Positions 46,621 to 55,023 of a DNA stretch of 64,000 nt are shown one piece after another. The notes below the pieces were generated by a model that saw nothing but the letters and a program-made list of their open reading frames with translations, did no database searches and was not told the origin of the DNA. Position numbers and translations under genes: made by a program. The stretch covers positions 1,276 through 65,275 of the IMG/VR virus record IMGVR_UViG_3300042898_000589, one strand, 5' to 3'. Each line of letters starts with the position of its first letter. Position 1 is the stretch's first letter. The DNA is from a virus. Taxonomy: Duplodnaviria; Caudoviricetes.

Positions 46621-47703
46621 ATGTGTATAATTGTAGTAAACAAAGAGGGGCGTGACATCGCTGCCCCTATCATTGACAAGTGTATAACTAATAACCCGCA
46701 CGGATTCGGCATCTATTTCCTTGACGACCAGCGTCTGCACAAGACTATGGATATGGACGAGGCACGCTATATGCTAGCGTCACGCCGACCATACGTAGCC
46801 CACTGCCGATACGCTACCGTCGGAGAGAAGACAGTAGACAACGTGCATCCCTTTGAGGTTCAGGAAGATGCGTTCTTATTCCACAACGGAACAGTACGCA
46901 CACGCCCCGAGGATACAACCAAGTCTGACTCTTGGGCATTGGCTCAACTCATCTCCCGCTATGACCCTATGGGTGATGAGGTACAGCACATCCTTGAGAT
47001 GACTGACTCACGATTCTGTATTGTCAAGGGCAACGAGTTCAAGTTATTCAATGAGGACTTATGGCACGAGCACGAGGGTGTTATGTACTCCAAGGATAAC
47101 GTACTGCCATCTGAGTTAGTGTTTGTTTATGAGGCATCACTTCTCAAGCACGACTCGTACCATACTAAGTTTCTTACCGATGCAGGTGAAGCGTATCTAG
47201 AAAATGCTTACCTTTACCGACTGAAAAGAGGTACTCTTGTGAAGGGTTGTATGGTACACGAAAAGGATAAGCACATTATTGAGGGCTGTTTGTTCAGCGG
47301 CGTCACTCAGTATGACCTCGGCAATCTAGATAGATTCCACGCGGGCGCTAGGCGTACGTCTGTTACTGTCAAAGACCTTGACGGTAATAGTATCCGTGCT
47401 ATCACTTGGTTGTATGACTTCCCTACTACTGAGTGTGATTGGGGTAGCCACTCTATGGACTTCACACCTACATATTGGCACGGCAACTTGAACCTGCCAG
47501 CCACATCAATAGACCCCTTCACCAAGTTCTGCCGCGAGACATATGATAGTTACCTACCTACTACACACACAGCACAGCAGACAGCTAATTGGATGGAGAC
47601 TAAGAAGTTTAATCTAGAAAGAATAGTCAACTACTACACAGACAAGACGGGATTCGTTCCCACTATCAGTCAATTGAATAACAAATTAATCTATATGTCA
47701 TAA
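46621..47703 (+). CDS. Class II glutamine amidotransferase 2 fused to a degenerate gamma-glutamylcyclotransferase-like domain
   Basis: MCII, NPHGFG, HCRYATVG, NVHPF, FHNGT, SDS; then VFVYEASL..LDRFH..RTSVTV..AITWLY. Confidence 0.8.
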   Translation: MCIIVVNKEGRDIAAPIIDKCITNNPHGFGIYFLDDQRLHKTMDMDEARYMLASRRPYVAHCRYATVGEKTVDNVHPFEVQEDAFLFHNGTVRTRPEDTTKSDSWALAQLISRYDPMGDEVQHILEMTDSRFCIVKGNEFKLFNEDLWHEHEGVMYSKDNVLPSELVFVYEASLLKHDSYHTKFLTDAGEAYLENAYLYRLKRGTLVKGCMVHEKDKHIIEGCLFSGVTQYDLGNLDRFHAGARRTSVTVKDLDGNSIRAITWLYDFPTTECDWGSHSMDFTPTYWHGNLNLPATSIDPFTKFCRETYDSYLPTTHTAQQTANWMETKKFNLERIVNYYTDKTGFVPTISQLNNKLIYMS

Positions 47704-47939
47704 TGCAAGAAGTAAAACGCACATACCGATTCGAGCGCGAGTATCTTAATCACCGCTCAGAGAACTCTAAAGTAGTAACAGAAGTAGAAGTTGACTTCTC
47801 TAACAAGACTTTCTTTATTGACAACGTGACCACGCATAACTTCCACGGTCACTGTACCGACTACCACCTACCGAAGATGGTAGCCTCACTTGAAATCCAA
47901 TTAGAAGCAATCTATGCCGTCCAACAATTACTTTCGTGA
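47703..47939 (+). CDS. Hypothetical protein
   Basis: 78 aa, translationally coupled. Confidence 0.55.
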   Translation: MQEVKRTYRFEREYLNHRSENSKVVTEVEVDFSNKTFFIDNVTTHNFHGHCTDYHLPKMVASLEIQLEAIYAVQQLLS

Positions 47940-48078
47940 GACGTATGACTTCCTCCAACTCCGCGTCGAGGCAATGGAGAAGCACATACAAAAACTAGAG
48001 GCCGAGCTTGCTGCCTGCGAAGCAAGAGAAGTACAACAGATGATTGATGAGCGATGCTCAAACGATATGGTATCTTGA
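47914..48078 (+). CDS. Small coiled-coil protein (54 aa)
   Basis: MPSNNYFRETYDFLQLRVEAMEKHIQKLEAEL; fills a gap in the operon. Confidence 0.45.
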   Translation: MPSNNYFRETYDFLQLRVEAMEKHIQKLEAELAACEAREVQQMIDERCSNDMVS

Positions 48079-48304
48079 GGTTGAGGTCAAGTATCTAAAG
48101 AAGAACGTATACTTCTTCAAGGACACTTGGATTATATCTAGGTACGATAACATCAGAGACATCACCCGCTGTGACCATAAGACTTTCCACGGATTCGCTG
48201 GACTACACACTAGAATCTATGGTGCTGCTTATAAATCACAGCGGGAAATCATCATCACCAAAATCAAATCTAAAATTCCAATCGGTAAAGTATCACCACA
48301 ATGA
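48047..48304 (+). CDS. Hypothetical protein
   Basis: ~85 aa in the operon. Confidence 0.5.
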   Translation: MSDAQTIWYLEVEVKYLKKNVYFFKDTWIISRYDNIRDITRCDHKTFHGFAGLHTRIYGAAYKSQREIIITKIKSKIPIGKVSPQ

Positions 48305-48543
48305 AACTAAACGAAGAACAATTCCAACAGTCAGAATTCAAAATCAAACTGAAAGTAGACAGTAAGTTCTACGATGTAACTGTAAAGCCAGACAGCGATG
48401 AGATGTGGGTACCTATCGGAGACACACCATACGATATGTATATGTATGTCGGTACTGATAAGCATCTGAATATCAGTGTGTTGAAGTTCGCTGAGCCGCA
48501 CGTTAAAGTTAACTTTGAAATCGTATCAATTAAAATCAAATGA
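48301..48543 (+). CDS. Hypothetical protein
   Basis: 80 aa, ATGA overlaps at both ends. Confidence 0.55.
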   Translation: MKLNEEQFQQSEFKIKLKVDSKFYDVTVKPDSDEMWVPIGDTPYDMYMYVGTDKHLNISVLKFAEPHVKVNFEIVSIKIK

Positions 48544-49091
48544 TATACAAGTTCAACAAGGAGACGCTCACCTTTGATAGGGTGGGCTCTCCAACTAAGA
48601 GGCTGTTCGCAGCCATATCACTAACAGCATTACTATCAGTAGCGGGAGGCGTACTGATGGGGAGTCGTGAGATATACACGCCCGAAGAAGTTATCCAAGT
48701 AAACATTAATGAGGAACCCTTCTCTGAGCAGGCTCTCGTTAGACTACTGAAGAAGATGAACCTTAAGTATCCGCACATCGCTCTTGCTCAAGCAAAGATT
48801 GAAAGCGGTGGGTATAAGTCCTTCTTATTCAGAGAGAACAACAACCTGTTTGGTATGCGTGAGGCTAAGGTCAGAGTCAATATGGCTATGGGTACACGAC
48901 ATAAGCACGCCTACTATGAGTCGTGGCAAGAGAGTGTCATCGACTATGCTATGTGGTGTGCTACCTATGGTGCTAAGTGTAAGACAGAAGACCAGTTCCT
49001 CAATCTATTGGCGGGCTATGCTGAAGCATCTCAGTACAAGGAGACAATCATCAGTGTAGTTAACAAGAACAATCTTAAATCTAAGTTCTAA
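48540..49091 (+). CDS. Membrane-anchored glucosaminidase (GH73-like peptidoglycan hydrolase)
   Basis: N-terminal TM segment; AQAKIESG, NNNLFGM, YESWQESVIDY, GYAE..Y. Confidence 0.8.
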   Translation: MIYKFNKETLTFDRVGSPTKRLFAAISLTALLSVAGGVLMGSREIYTPEEVIQVNINEEPFSEQALVRLLKKMNLKYPHIALAQAKIESGGYKSFLFRENNNLFGMREAKVRVNMAMGTRHKHAYYESWQESVIDYAMWCATYGAKCKTEDQFLNLLAGYAEASQYKETIISVVNKNNLKSKF

Positions 49092-49372
49092 TGTCACGTA
49101 AGACACGCAAACAAAAGGTAGATGAGGTATCGCAAGAACTCATCAATGAGATGTTCAGAATCGCTGGACATAACGTAACCTTTGAAGACGTCAAAGGACG
49201 AACAGATGATTGGTACACCCAATGGACTATCACACCGCAACAGAATGAGGAGTGGAAGAAGTTCGGTGTAGCACTAATCAGAACAAAGCTCAAGCTCCCT
49301 AAGAAAATAGCCGAGCTTGAGATGGCACACTTCTCACTTGCTTACGGATTAAAATTTTCAGAATGGTACTAG
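49091..49372 (+). CDS. Hypothetical conserved phage protein
   Basis: 93 aa. LINEMFRIAGHNVTFEDV..WYTQWT. Confidence 0.6.
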   Translation: MSRKTRKQKVDEVSQELINEMFRIAGHNVTFEDVKGRTDDWYTQWTITPQQNEEWKKFGVALIRTKLKLPKKIAELEMAHFSLAYGLKFSEWY

Positions 49373-50088
49373 TATTAGGAGACACCCACGGCAGGGACAA
49401 TTGGAAGCGGGCAATAGACAATCACACACCCGATAAGGTTGTGTTCCTTGGTGATTACTTTGACTCCTTTGATATCTCTTCTGGCAAACAAGTTCTCAAC
49501 TTCAACGACATCGTAGAGTATAAGAAGACAGCAGAGATGCCTGTCGTACTTCTTATCGGTAACCACGACCACCACTACATCAAGCCTAGTGATGGCGGTA
49601 TAGGGACAGAGAGGTACAGTGGCTATCAGTACGCTAATGCCGCTGAGATTAAGGCTGCAATAACAGAACACAGAGAACATCTATGCATTGCACACCTAGA
49701 CAATGGGTTTCTGTTCACTCACGCTGGGCTTAGCCCCATATGGTTGAGCAAGAACATTCCTGGATATGATATGGATGTAGTTGATAAGCAACTGAATGAA
49801 CTGTATGCAACTGACTCACGTCGCTTCGACTTCAATGATAGTACTGTCAACCCTTACGGTGATGACGTTAGGCAAGGGCCTCTTTGGATTCGTCCTATGT
49901 CTTTATTCAACTCAAATAAGGGGCGGGACAGAGTGCCATACAACCAAATGGTAGGGCACACACAAGTCAAGAGCATTATGGATACAGTAAACAACCCTAA
50001 GATGAGTGGCTTCTTTCTTATTGATGCTATGGAAGATGGTGGGTACGTAACTATTGAGGATGGCGTTGTTATCCCACACGTTTTGTAG
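49363..50088 (+). CDS. Calcineurin-like metallophosphoesterase
   Basis: GDTHG, GDYFD, GNHD, THAG, VGHT motifs. Confidence 0.9.
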   Translation: MVLVLGDTHGRDNWKRAIDNHTPDKVVFLGDYFDSFDISSGKQVLNFNDIVEYKKTAEMPVVLLIGNHDHHYIKPSDGGIGTERYSGYQYANAAEIKAAITEHREHLCIAHLDNGFLFTHAGLSPIWLSKNIPGYDMDVVDKQLNELYATDSRRFDFNDSTVNPYGDDVRQGPLWIRPMSLFNSNKGRDRVPYNQMVGHTQVKSIMDTVNNPKMSGFFLIDAMEDGGYVTIEDGVVIPHVL

Positions 50089-50104
50089 TATGAAAAACTT
50101 TTCT

Positions 50105-50112
50105 TATCTTTG
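50105..50112 (+). promoter_or_regulatory. -7 promoter element TATCTTTG
   Basis: 4 nt before a GTG; would also drive the tRNA. Confidence 0.6.
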
Positions 50113-50116
50113 AGGC

Positions 50117-50260
50117 GTGGACAACTTTCCTTCACAATGGGACTTCGAAGGCGTGCGTACGTGCCTGTATTGCAGTGAGATGCTCAATGCTCACCGCCCG
50201 CTGGACTTGTATTGTAGTGATGACTGTGAGTCCACACATACAAAGACAAGAATATACTAG
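50117..50260 (+). CDS. 47-aa Zn-finger-like peptide
   Basis: CLYC...YCSDDC. GTG start; the last base of its TAG is the first base of the tRNA. Confidence 0.5.
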   Translation: MDNFPSQWDFEGVRTCLYCSEMLNAHRPLDLYCSDDCESTHTKTRIY

Positions 50261-50331
50261 GCCTCATAGTTTAACGCATAAAACTCTCCTCTTCTAAAGG
50301 AGTAATGACAGTTGGATTCTGTCTGAGGCTA
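50260..50331 (+). tRNA. tRNA-Arg(UCU), CCA not encoded
   Basis: Acceptor GGCCTCA/TGAGGCT, D stem GTTT/AAAC, anticodon arm CTCCT-CTTCTAA-AGGAG, T arm GACAG-TTGGATT-CTGTC. Confidence 0.85.
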
Positions 50332-50349
50332 CAAATTAAATTATTAATT

Positions 50350-50952
50350 ATGAACAAGTTAGAATTCTTAGACATTTACTTGTCACCATTCAAGAGTCCG
50401 AAGATGAAGTTCTACTTCGGCAAGACCAAGATTGGTACTCCTTACTTCCTCCCGCGTAAGTTCGTAAAGAACACACCCGAGAACGCACTGAAGGAAGCTA
50501 AGCGTAGGCAGGCTGAGATGATATACGAAAGGGATAACAACCCTGAGAATCCATTCACCTCTCGCATACCAACGATTGAATCTATCATCAGTGAGATGAA
50601 GTATGACCGCATACCTGTGACCAAGAGATTCTCTATCGACCTTGTGCCATTGGGGTACAAGACTAAGTGGTCTGAGACTGACTATAGATTTGAGTGGTCG
50701 CCACGCCTGTCTATTGTAGCCTTTGGTTATCAGTTCGCTATCACTTGGGAAGCGCCAGTTGAATCGGTGTACTACTGGGAGGCGTTCCTTCTGTACAACA
50801 ATCACATTAAAACTTTCTTATCTGATAAGCCTATGCGGGAGAGGGTTAGTATGTGTAGGGATTTATTCCCGATGTCCTTTACTGAGTACAAGAAGGATAG
50901 CAAGAGAACATTCGATGAGTATGATACAATCTTAAAGAAGAAGTACCTATGA
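50350..50952 (+). CDS. Hypothetical conserved phage protein
   Basis: ATG 50350. SPFKSPK..GTPYFLPRK, LGYKTKW..YRFEWSP, YWEAFL. Confidence 0.65.
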   Translation: MNKLEFLDIYLSPFKSPKMKFYFGKTKIGTPYFLPRKFVKNTPENALKEAKRRQAEMIYERDNNPENPFTSRIPTIESIISEMKYDRIPVTKRFSIDLVPLGYKTKWSETDYRFEWSPRLSIVAFGYQFAITWEAPVESVYYWEAFLLYNNHIKTFLSDKPMRERVSMCRDLFPMSFTEYKKDSKRTFDEYDTILKKKYL

Positions 50953-51128
50953 AGGAAGACTGCAGCAAGTGTGAGCAGACAGTAGCTAACTGCGAATGCC
51001 ACATCCCGCTAAGGGAAAAGCACAAGGGTCTGTTCAATATGGTAGACCTATTCAAGAAGATAACATCTAATAAGAAAGGGTTATAGCTGGCACCCTCAAG
51101 ACAGCAAACAAATTAATTCATTTCAATT

Positions 51129-51368
51129 ATGGGTAAGATGTTTACCGAACAAGAAGTGCGGGCAATGCTTCGTCAAGTCCGCAAAGAAACACGTCAGGAA
51201 GTTCTCTCAGAGAAGAAGCGTCCACGTGTGACAGCAGAGCGCGTTGTTGAAATACTCAACAGCACAAACACAATCGGTGGCGCAGCCACAATGCTTGGCG
51301 TGACTACGCAGACGATGAGAAACTATATGCGTAAGCACAACGTAACAAAGCAGTACGTTACTCAATGA
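51129..51368 (+). CDS. Small HTH DNA-binding protein (Fis-like C-terminus)
   Basis: TIGGAATMLGVTTQTMRNYMRKHNV. Confidence 0.7.
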   Translation: MGKMFTEQEVRAMLRQVRKETRQEVLSEKKRPRVTAERVVEILNSTNTIGGAATMLGVTTQTMRNYMRKHNVTKQYVTQ

Positions 51369-52273
51369 GTTTCGTAGATACACAGTATGCCTCCCTTGTC
51401 AGTTACGCACTCTCTCAAGGGGTGCGGGCTGACAGGACGGGGGTTGGCACTCGCTCGTTTCTATATGGTGCTATCCGCCACGATATGCGTGATGGTTTTC
51501 CTGCACTGACAATCAAGCGATTAGCGTGGCATCAAGTAGTCACTGAACTACTTTGGTTTCTACGTGGTGATACCGATATCAAGTACCTAGTTGAGAACGG
51601 GTGCAACATATGGAATGGTGATGCTTACAATGCATACCTTAACAGCACTGATGAACCTCATATGACAATGAGTGACTTCATTAAGCAAATCAACAGCGGT
51701 GAACTACATCAAGACCTCGGCCCTATCTACGGTCATCAGTGGCGTAAGTGGACAGTAGGTCACGGTGGTATCGACCAGATTGCACAGGTGTATGACTCAC
51801 TGCGTAACAATCCTTTCTCTCGTAGGCACATCGTATCTGCGTGGAATGTTGGTGACCTCAGCAGTATGGCACTACCACCTTGCCACTACTCCTTTCAGTT
51901 CTATGTTACTGAAATGCTTGGAGAGAAGTACTTAAGTCTTATGTGGAACCAACGCTCAGTGGACTTGTTCCTTGGGTTGCCGTTCAACATTGCTTCATAT
52001 GGTTTACTCCTACATATTATGGCGGATGCTGTTGGTATGATACCGCATATGCTTATCGGTAGCCTTGGTGATTGCCACCTGTATGCAAACCATACTGATG
52101 CCGCCAAAGAACTATTGAAGAATAAGACTAGCCGCTACGACTACCCAAAGTTATCTATGTCACCAAGCGGATACGACGTACTCTTCAAGACAATGAAGAT
52201 ATCCCCGTATGACTTCAAGTTAAACGGATACGAATGCTACCCAACAATCAAAGCCAAACTGAACAATGGATGA
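51365..52273 (+). CDS. thyA: Thymidylate synthase
   Basis: DRTGVGT, ELLWFLRG, LGPIYGHQWR, MALPPCH, QRSVDLFLGLPFNIASY, DCHLYANH. Confidence 0.97.
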   Translation: MSFVDTQYASLVSYALSQGVRADRTGVGTRSFLYGAIRHDMRDGFPALTIKRLAWHQVVTELLWFLRGDTDIKYLVENGCNIWNGDAYNAYLNSTDEPHMTMSDFIKQINSGELHQDLGPIYGHQWRKWTVGHGGIDQIAQVYDSLRNNPFSRRHIVSAWNVGDLSSMALPPCHYSFQFYVTEMLGEKYLSLMWNQRSVDLFLGLPFNIASYGLLLHIMADAVGMIPHMLIGSLGDCHLYANHTDAAKELLKNKTSRYDYPKLSMSPSGYDVLFKTMKISPYDFKLNGYECYPTIKAKLNNG

Positions 52274-52541
52274 GGATTTAGGAAGGGTGTCTACAAAGCT
52301 TATCATTCTACTTCAGTGTTCGCTGGAGTTAATGGACGAGCTAAAGAACACAGACCTGTACAGACAAGACATCAAGTACGCTATCAATAACCTTGAGCGT
52401 AAGCTTGAGTCATCACTACGTAAGCCACTGTCTACCATCGATGATGTGGACGAGAAGGAGGACACGTTTATGGGTATCCAACGTGGAGTACATAAGATGT
52501 TAGAAGCATCGCTAGAAGAAATATATATACTACAAGAATGA
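52266..52541 (+). CDS. Hypothetical protein
   Basis: 91 aa, helical. LYRQDIKYAINNLE. Confidence 0.6.
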   Translation: MDEDLGRVSTKLIILLQCSLELMDELKNTDLYRQDIKYAINNLERKLESSLRKPLSTIDDVDEKEDTFMGIQRGVHKMLEASLEEIYILQE

Positions 52542-52685
52542 AGAACGTAGTTATTCTATCGCTGATGGCTGTCGGGTTTTTTGCTGTACTCAAGTTGCTG
52601 GGCTGGGATATGTCTTGGTGTGAGGTCAGTGCGCCGATTACCATTCCTTTGCTTGCCCTTATTATAATTTTAACATCAGGAGAAG

Positions 52686-53024
52686 ATGAGAAGAAGTGAG
52701 TTTTATAAATCGCTGGACAAGCGAATTGAGCGAACCAAAGAAACCTTTGGTGCTAAGAATGAAGAGTATGCCACTGACTATAACTTTATGCGCAACTTTG
52801 ATAACGGTGTTGGTATGAGCCTGCACTGTACGCCAGAGGCAGTTGCTTGGGGATACGCCACGAAACATCTTGAGTCCATCCGCTCCATCATTCTAGATGT
52901 TGACAACTCTAATGGTACTCAGCTACCAACAGAAGAAAGAATCATTGAGAAGTTCGGAGATGCAATTAACTACCTCATCATCATTGAGGCTATGCTACTA
53001 GACCGTGAAGCGCGCAGAGTTTGA
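52686..53024 (+). CDS. All-alpha nucleotide-pyrophosphatase-like protein
   Basis: KNEEYA..MRNF..KHL..KFGDAINYLII pattern of phage nucleotide-modification-associated helical domains. Confidence 0.5.
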   Translation: MRRSEFYKSLDKRIERTKETFGAKNEEYATDYNFMRNFDNGVGMSLHCTPEAVAWGYATKHLESIRSIILDVDNSNGTQLPTEERIIEKFGDAINYLIIIEAMLLDREARRV

Positions 53025-53172
53025 GGACGCTATGGAGCGTGGTCTTGACAAGGCGTTCAAGAGGAGCAACGTGACACCGAGTATGTGTATGGCGTACATT
53101 CTTATGGAGCTGTCTAAGAAGGCAGAAGAAACAGATAAGAAATGGTAACTTGTGTATTAAAATCAAATGACT

Positions 53173-53180
53173 TACATTTG
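53173..53180 (+). promoter_or_regulatory. -7 promoter element TACATTTG
   Basis: 3 nt before the ATG at 53184. Confidence 0.55.
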
Positions 53181-53183
53181 AAT

Positions 53184-53453
53184 ATGATTTACGGAACAGA
53201 GTATTACTTCAAGGTGCGCAACAACGGTAGATATTACTACGTATGTTCTAAGGGTAAGACCAAGGAGCAGGCGATACGAAGACTACTGTTCGCTATGTTC
53301 TCCTTCAGGCAGAATGTGAATCAGGGATGGTTCAAGAACAGGATTGAGGAAGTCGAGCATAGGTATAGGATACTTAAGAGTAACTATGAACACCTCATCG
53401 TTGAGTGCAGTAAGGAGGACTACATAGAGAATGACCAACAACAAATGTCGTAA
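53184..53453 (+). CDS. Hypothetical protein
   Basis: ATG 53184 directly after a promoter element. Confidence 0.5.
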   Translation: MIYGTEYYFKVRNNGRYYYVCSKGKTKEQAIRRLLFAMFSFRQNVNQGWFKNRIEEVEHRYRILKSNYEHLIVECSKEDYIENDQQQMS

Positions 53454-53846
53454 ATGAATCCAGGAATTGAACAACTAACCGTGAACATTCGTGCTTGGGC
53501 ACGGGCACGTGGCATCGACAAGGCTGACCCTAGCAGGCAGTTCTTAAAGGTAGCCGAAGAGTTCGGGGAGATTGCAGCAGCACTCGCCCGTGGTAAAGAT
53601 GAAGAACTGAAAGATGCTATCGGAGATACGTTTGTAACTCTAGTCATCCTCGCTGCTCAGTGTGGCACCTCTATAGAGGAGTGTGCTTACCTAGCATACG
53701 AAGAGATTAAAGGACGCAAGGGTAAGATGGTTGATGGAGTATTCATCAAAGAGGGAGAGAAGTGCTCGTGCAAGAAAGCGCAGTTTACACGTACGGTAAA
53801 TGAGAACTTTGATTTTATGTGCGGTAGATGTGGTAAACCTATTTAA
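53454..53846 (+). CDS. MazG-like nucleotide pyrophosphohydrolase
   Basis: WARARGI, QFLKVAEEFGE, DAIGDTFVTL, AYEEIKGRKGKMVDGVFIKE; extra C-terminal CSC..CGRC. Confidence 0.88.
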   Translation: MNPGIEQLTVNIRAWARARGIDKADPSRQFLKVAEEFGEIAAALARGKDEELKDAIGDTFVTLVILAAQCGTSIEECAYLAYEEIKGRKGKMVDGVFIKEGEKCSCKKAQFTRTVNENFDFMCGRCGKPI

Positions 53847-53852
53847 CATCAA

Positions 53853-54068
53853 ATGAAAGCAATACTTGAGTTCCAAATACCCGAGGAAGAGCAGGAGTTT
53901 ATGGAAGCGGTTAACGGAGGAATGTTTAAGCACATCCTATGGAAACTTGACCAAGACTTGCGAGGCAAGTTGAAGCACGGCACTCTTACAGAATGTGAGA
54001 GCAAGTGTTACCAAGAAGTACGAGACGAGATACGAACCTCATTACAATCACACAACCTAGAAATCTAA
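53853..54068 (+). CDS. Conserved hypothetical phage protein
   Basis: MKAILEFQIPEE..LWKLDQDLRG.LKHG. Confidence 0.65.
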   Translation: MKAILEFQIPEEEQEFMEAVNGGMFKHILWKLDQDLRGKLKHGTLTECESKCYQEVRDEIRTSLQSHNLEI

Positions 54069-54080
54069 TTAACAAACAAA

Positions 54081-54464
54081 ATGAAAACAGCAAAGATTTC
54101 AATCATCAACGGTCAGCGCACTTGGACTAACCCACAGGGTCAAGTGTTCTACTACCACTCAATCACAATGGACAACGGGGACAGTGGTTCCGTAGGTTCC
54201 AAAGAACAGAACCCCGCTTGGTTAGCAGTAGGTGCTACTATGGATTACGATATTGACGGCGATAAGATTAAGCGTGTAACTCAGAAACCATTTGGCGGTG
54301 GAGGTAGTATGCGTGGTGGTTCACGTGGTGGCAACGCATCGTTCGCCCTGTCTTACGCTAAGGACTTCGGCATCGCTAAGATGACAGCAGGTGCAGACGT
54401 AGACTCTAAGATGATTCTTGCAGTGGCTTCCGCCTTCAAGAAATGGTTAGACGAAAACGAGTGA
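54081..54464 (+). CDS. Putative ssDNA-binding/OB-fold protein
   Basis: FYYHSITMDNGDSG, Gly-rich linker, ALSYAKD; in the replication block. Confidence 0.45.
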   Translation: MKTAKISIINGQRTWTNPQGQVFYYHSITMDNGDSGSVGSKEQNPAWLAVGATMDYDIDGDKIKRVTQKPFGGGGSMRGGSRGGNASFALSYAKDFGIAKMTAGADVDSKMILAVASAFKKWLDENE

Positions 54465-54585
54465 TACTCAATTGTATTAGTGCAGCTTGTTTGCCCCTAC
54501 CAACACTTGTTATTTTACTTCAGAACTTGTGGCTATTGCTACCGTTCGTTTTATTATTAATTATCCACGAAAGATTAGAAAGAAA

Positions 54586-55023
54586 ATGGAGCTACTGAAA
54601 TATGATGAGCTTGTATCCTACAAAGTACAGTCATCAGAACTTGTCAACCACGTCAACAACGAAGTACAGAGTGGACGTATCACTCCGCTGTCTGTTATCG
54701 TACGCCTTAAGGCTATGCGGGACGCAATGGAAAAGCTTGAGGAGATGTACCTCGGCGCAGCCATCGAACAGCTAGAAGCTACGGGTGAGACCTCACTTGA
54801 CATCAACGGCATCAAGGTATACAAGAATGCTGGTGGTCGTTACGACTACTCTACCAACAGCGAAATCAAGGAGCTGTCTGCCCGCATCAAGTCTATTCAA
54901 GATGCTATGAAGCAGGCATACGAAGCAGACAAGGCTGGTGCTAACTTCGTTACAGGTGATGGTGAGATTGTCGAGCCAGCCAAGTACATTCAAAACAAGC
55001 CTAGCATTACAGTACGATTCTGA
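54586..55023 (+). CDS. Hypothetical replication-region protein
   Basis: Likely ATG 54586. GGRYDYS, VTGDGEIVEPA. Confidence 0.6.
   Translation: MELLKYDELVSYKVQSSELVNHVNNEVQSGRITPLSVIVRLKAMRDAMEKLEEMYLGAAIEQLEATGETSLDINGIKVYKNAGGRYDYSTNSEIKELSARIKSIQDAMKQAYEADKAGANFVTGDGEIVEPAKYIQNKPSITVRF

Noticed and set aside
50305-50349. N-terminal extension of the 215-aa ORF
   Set aside because: It overlaps the tRNA 3' half. ATG 50350, after an AT-rich leader, is the likelier start.
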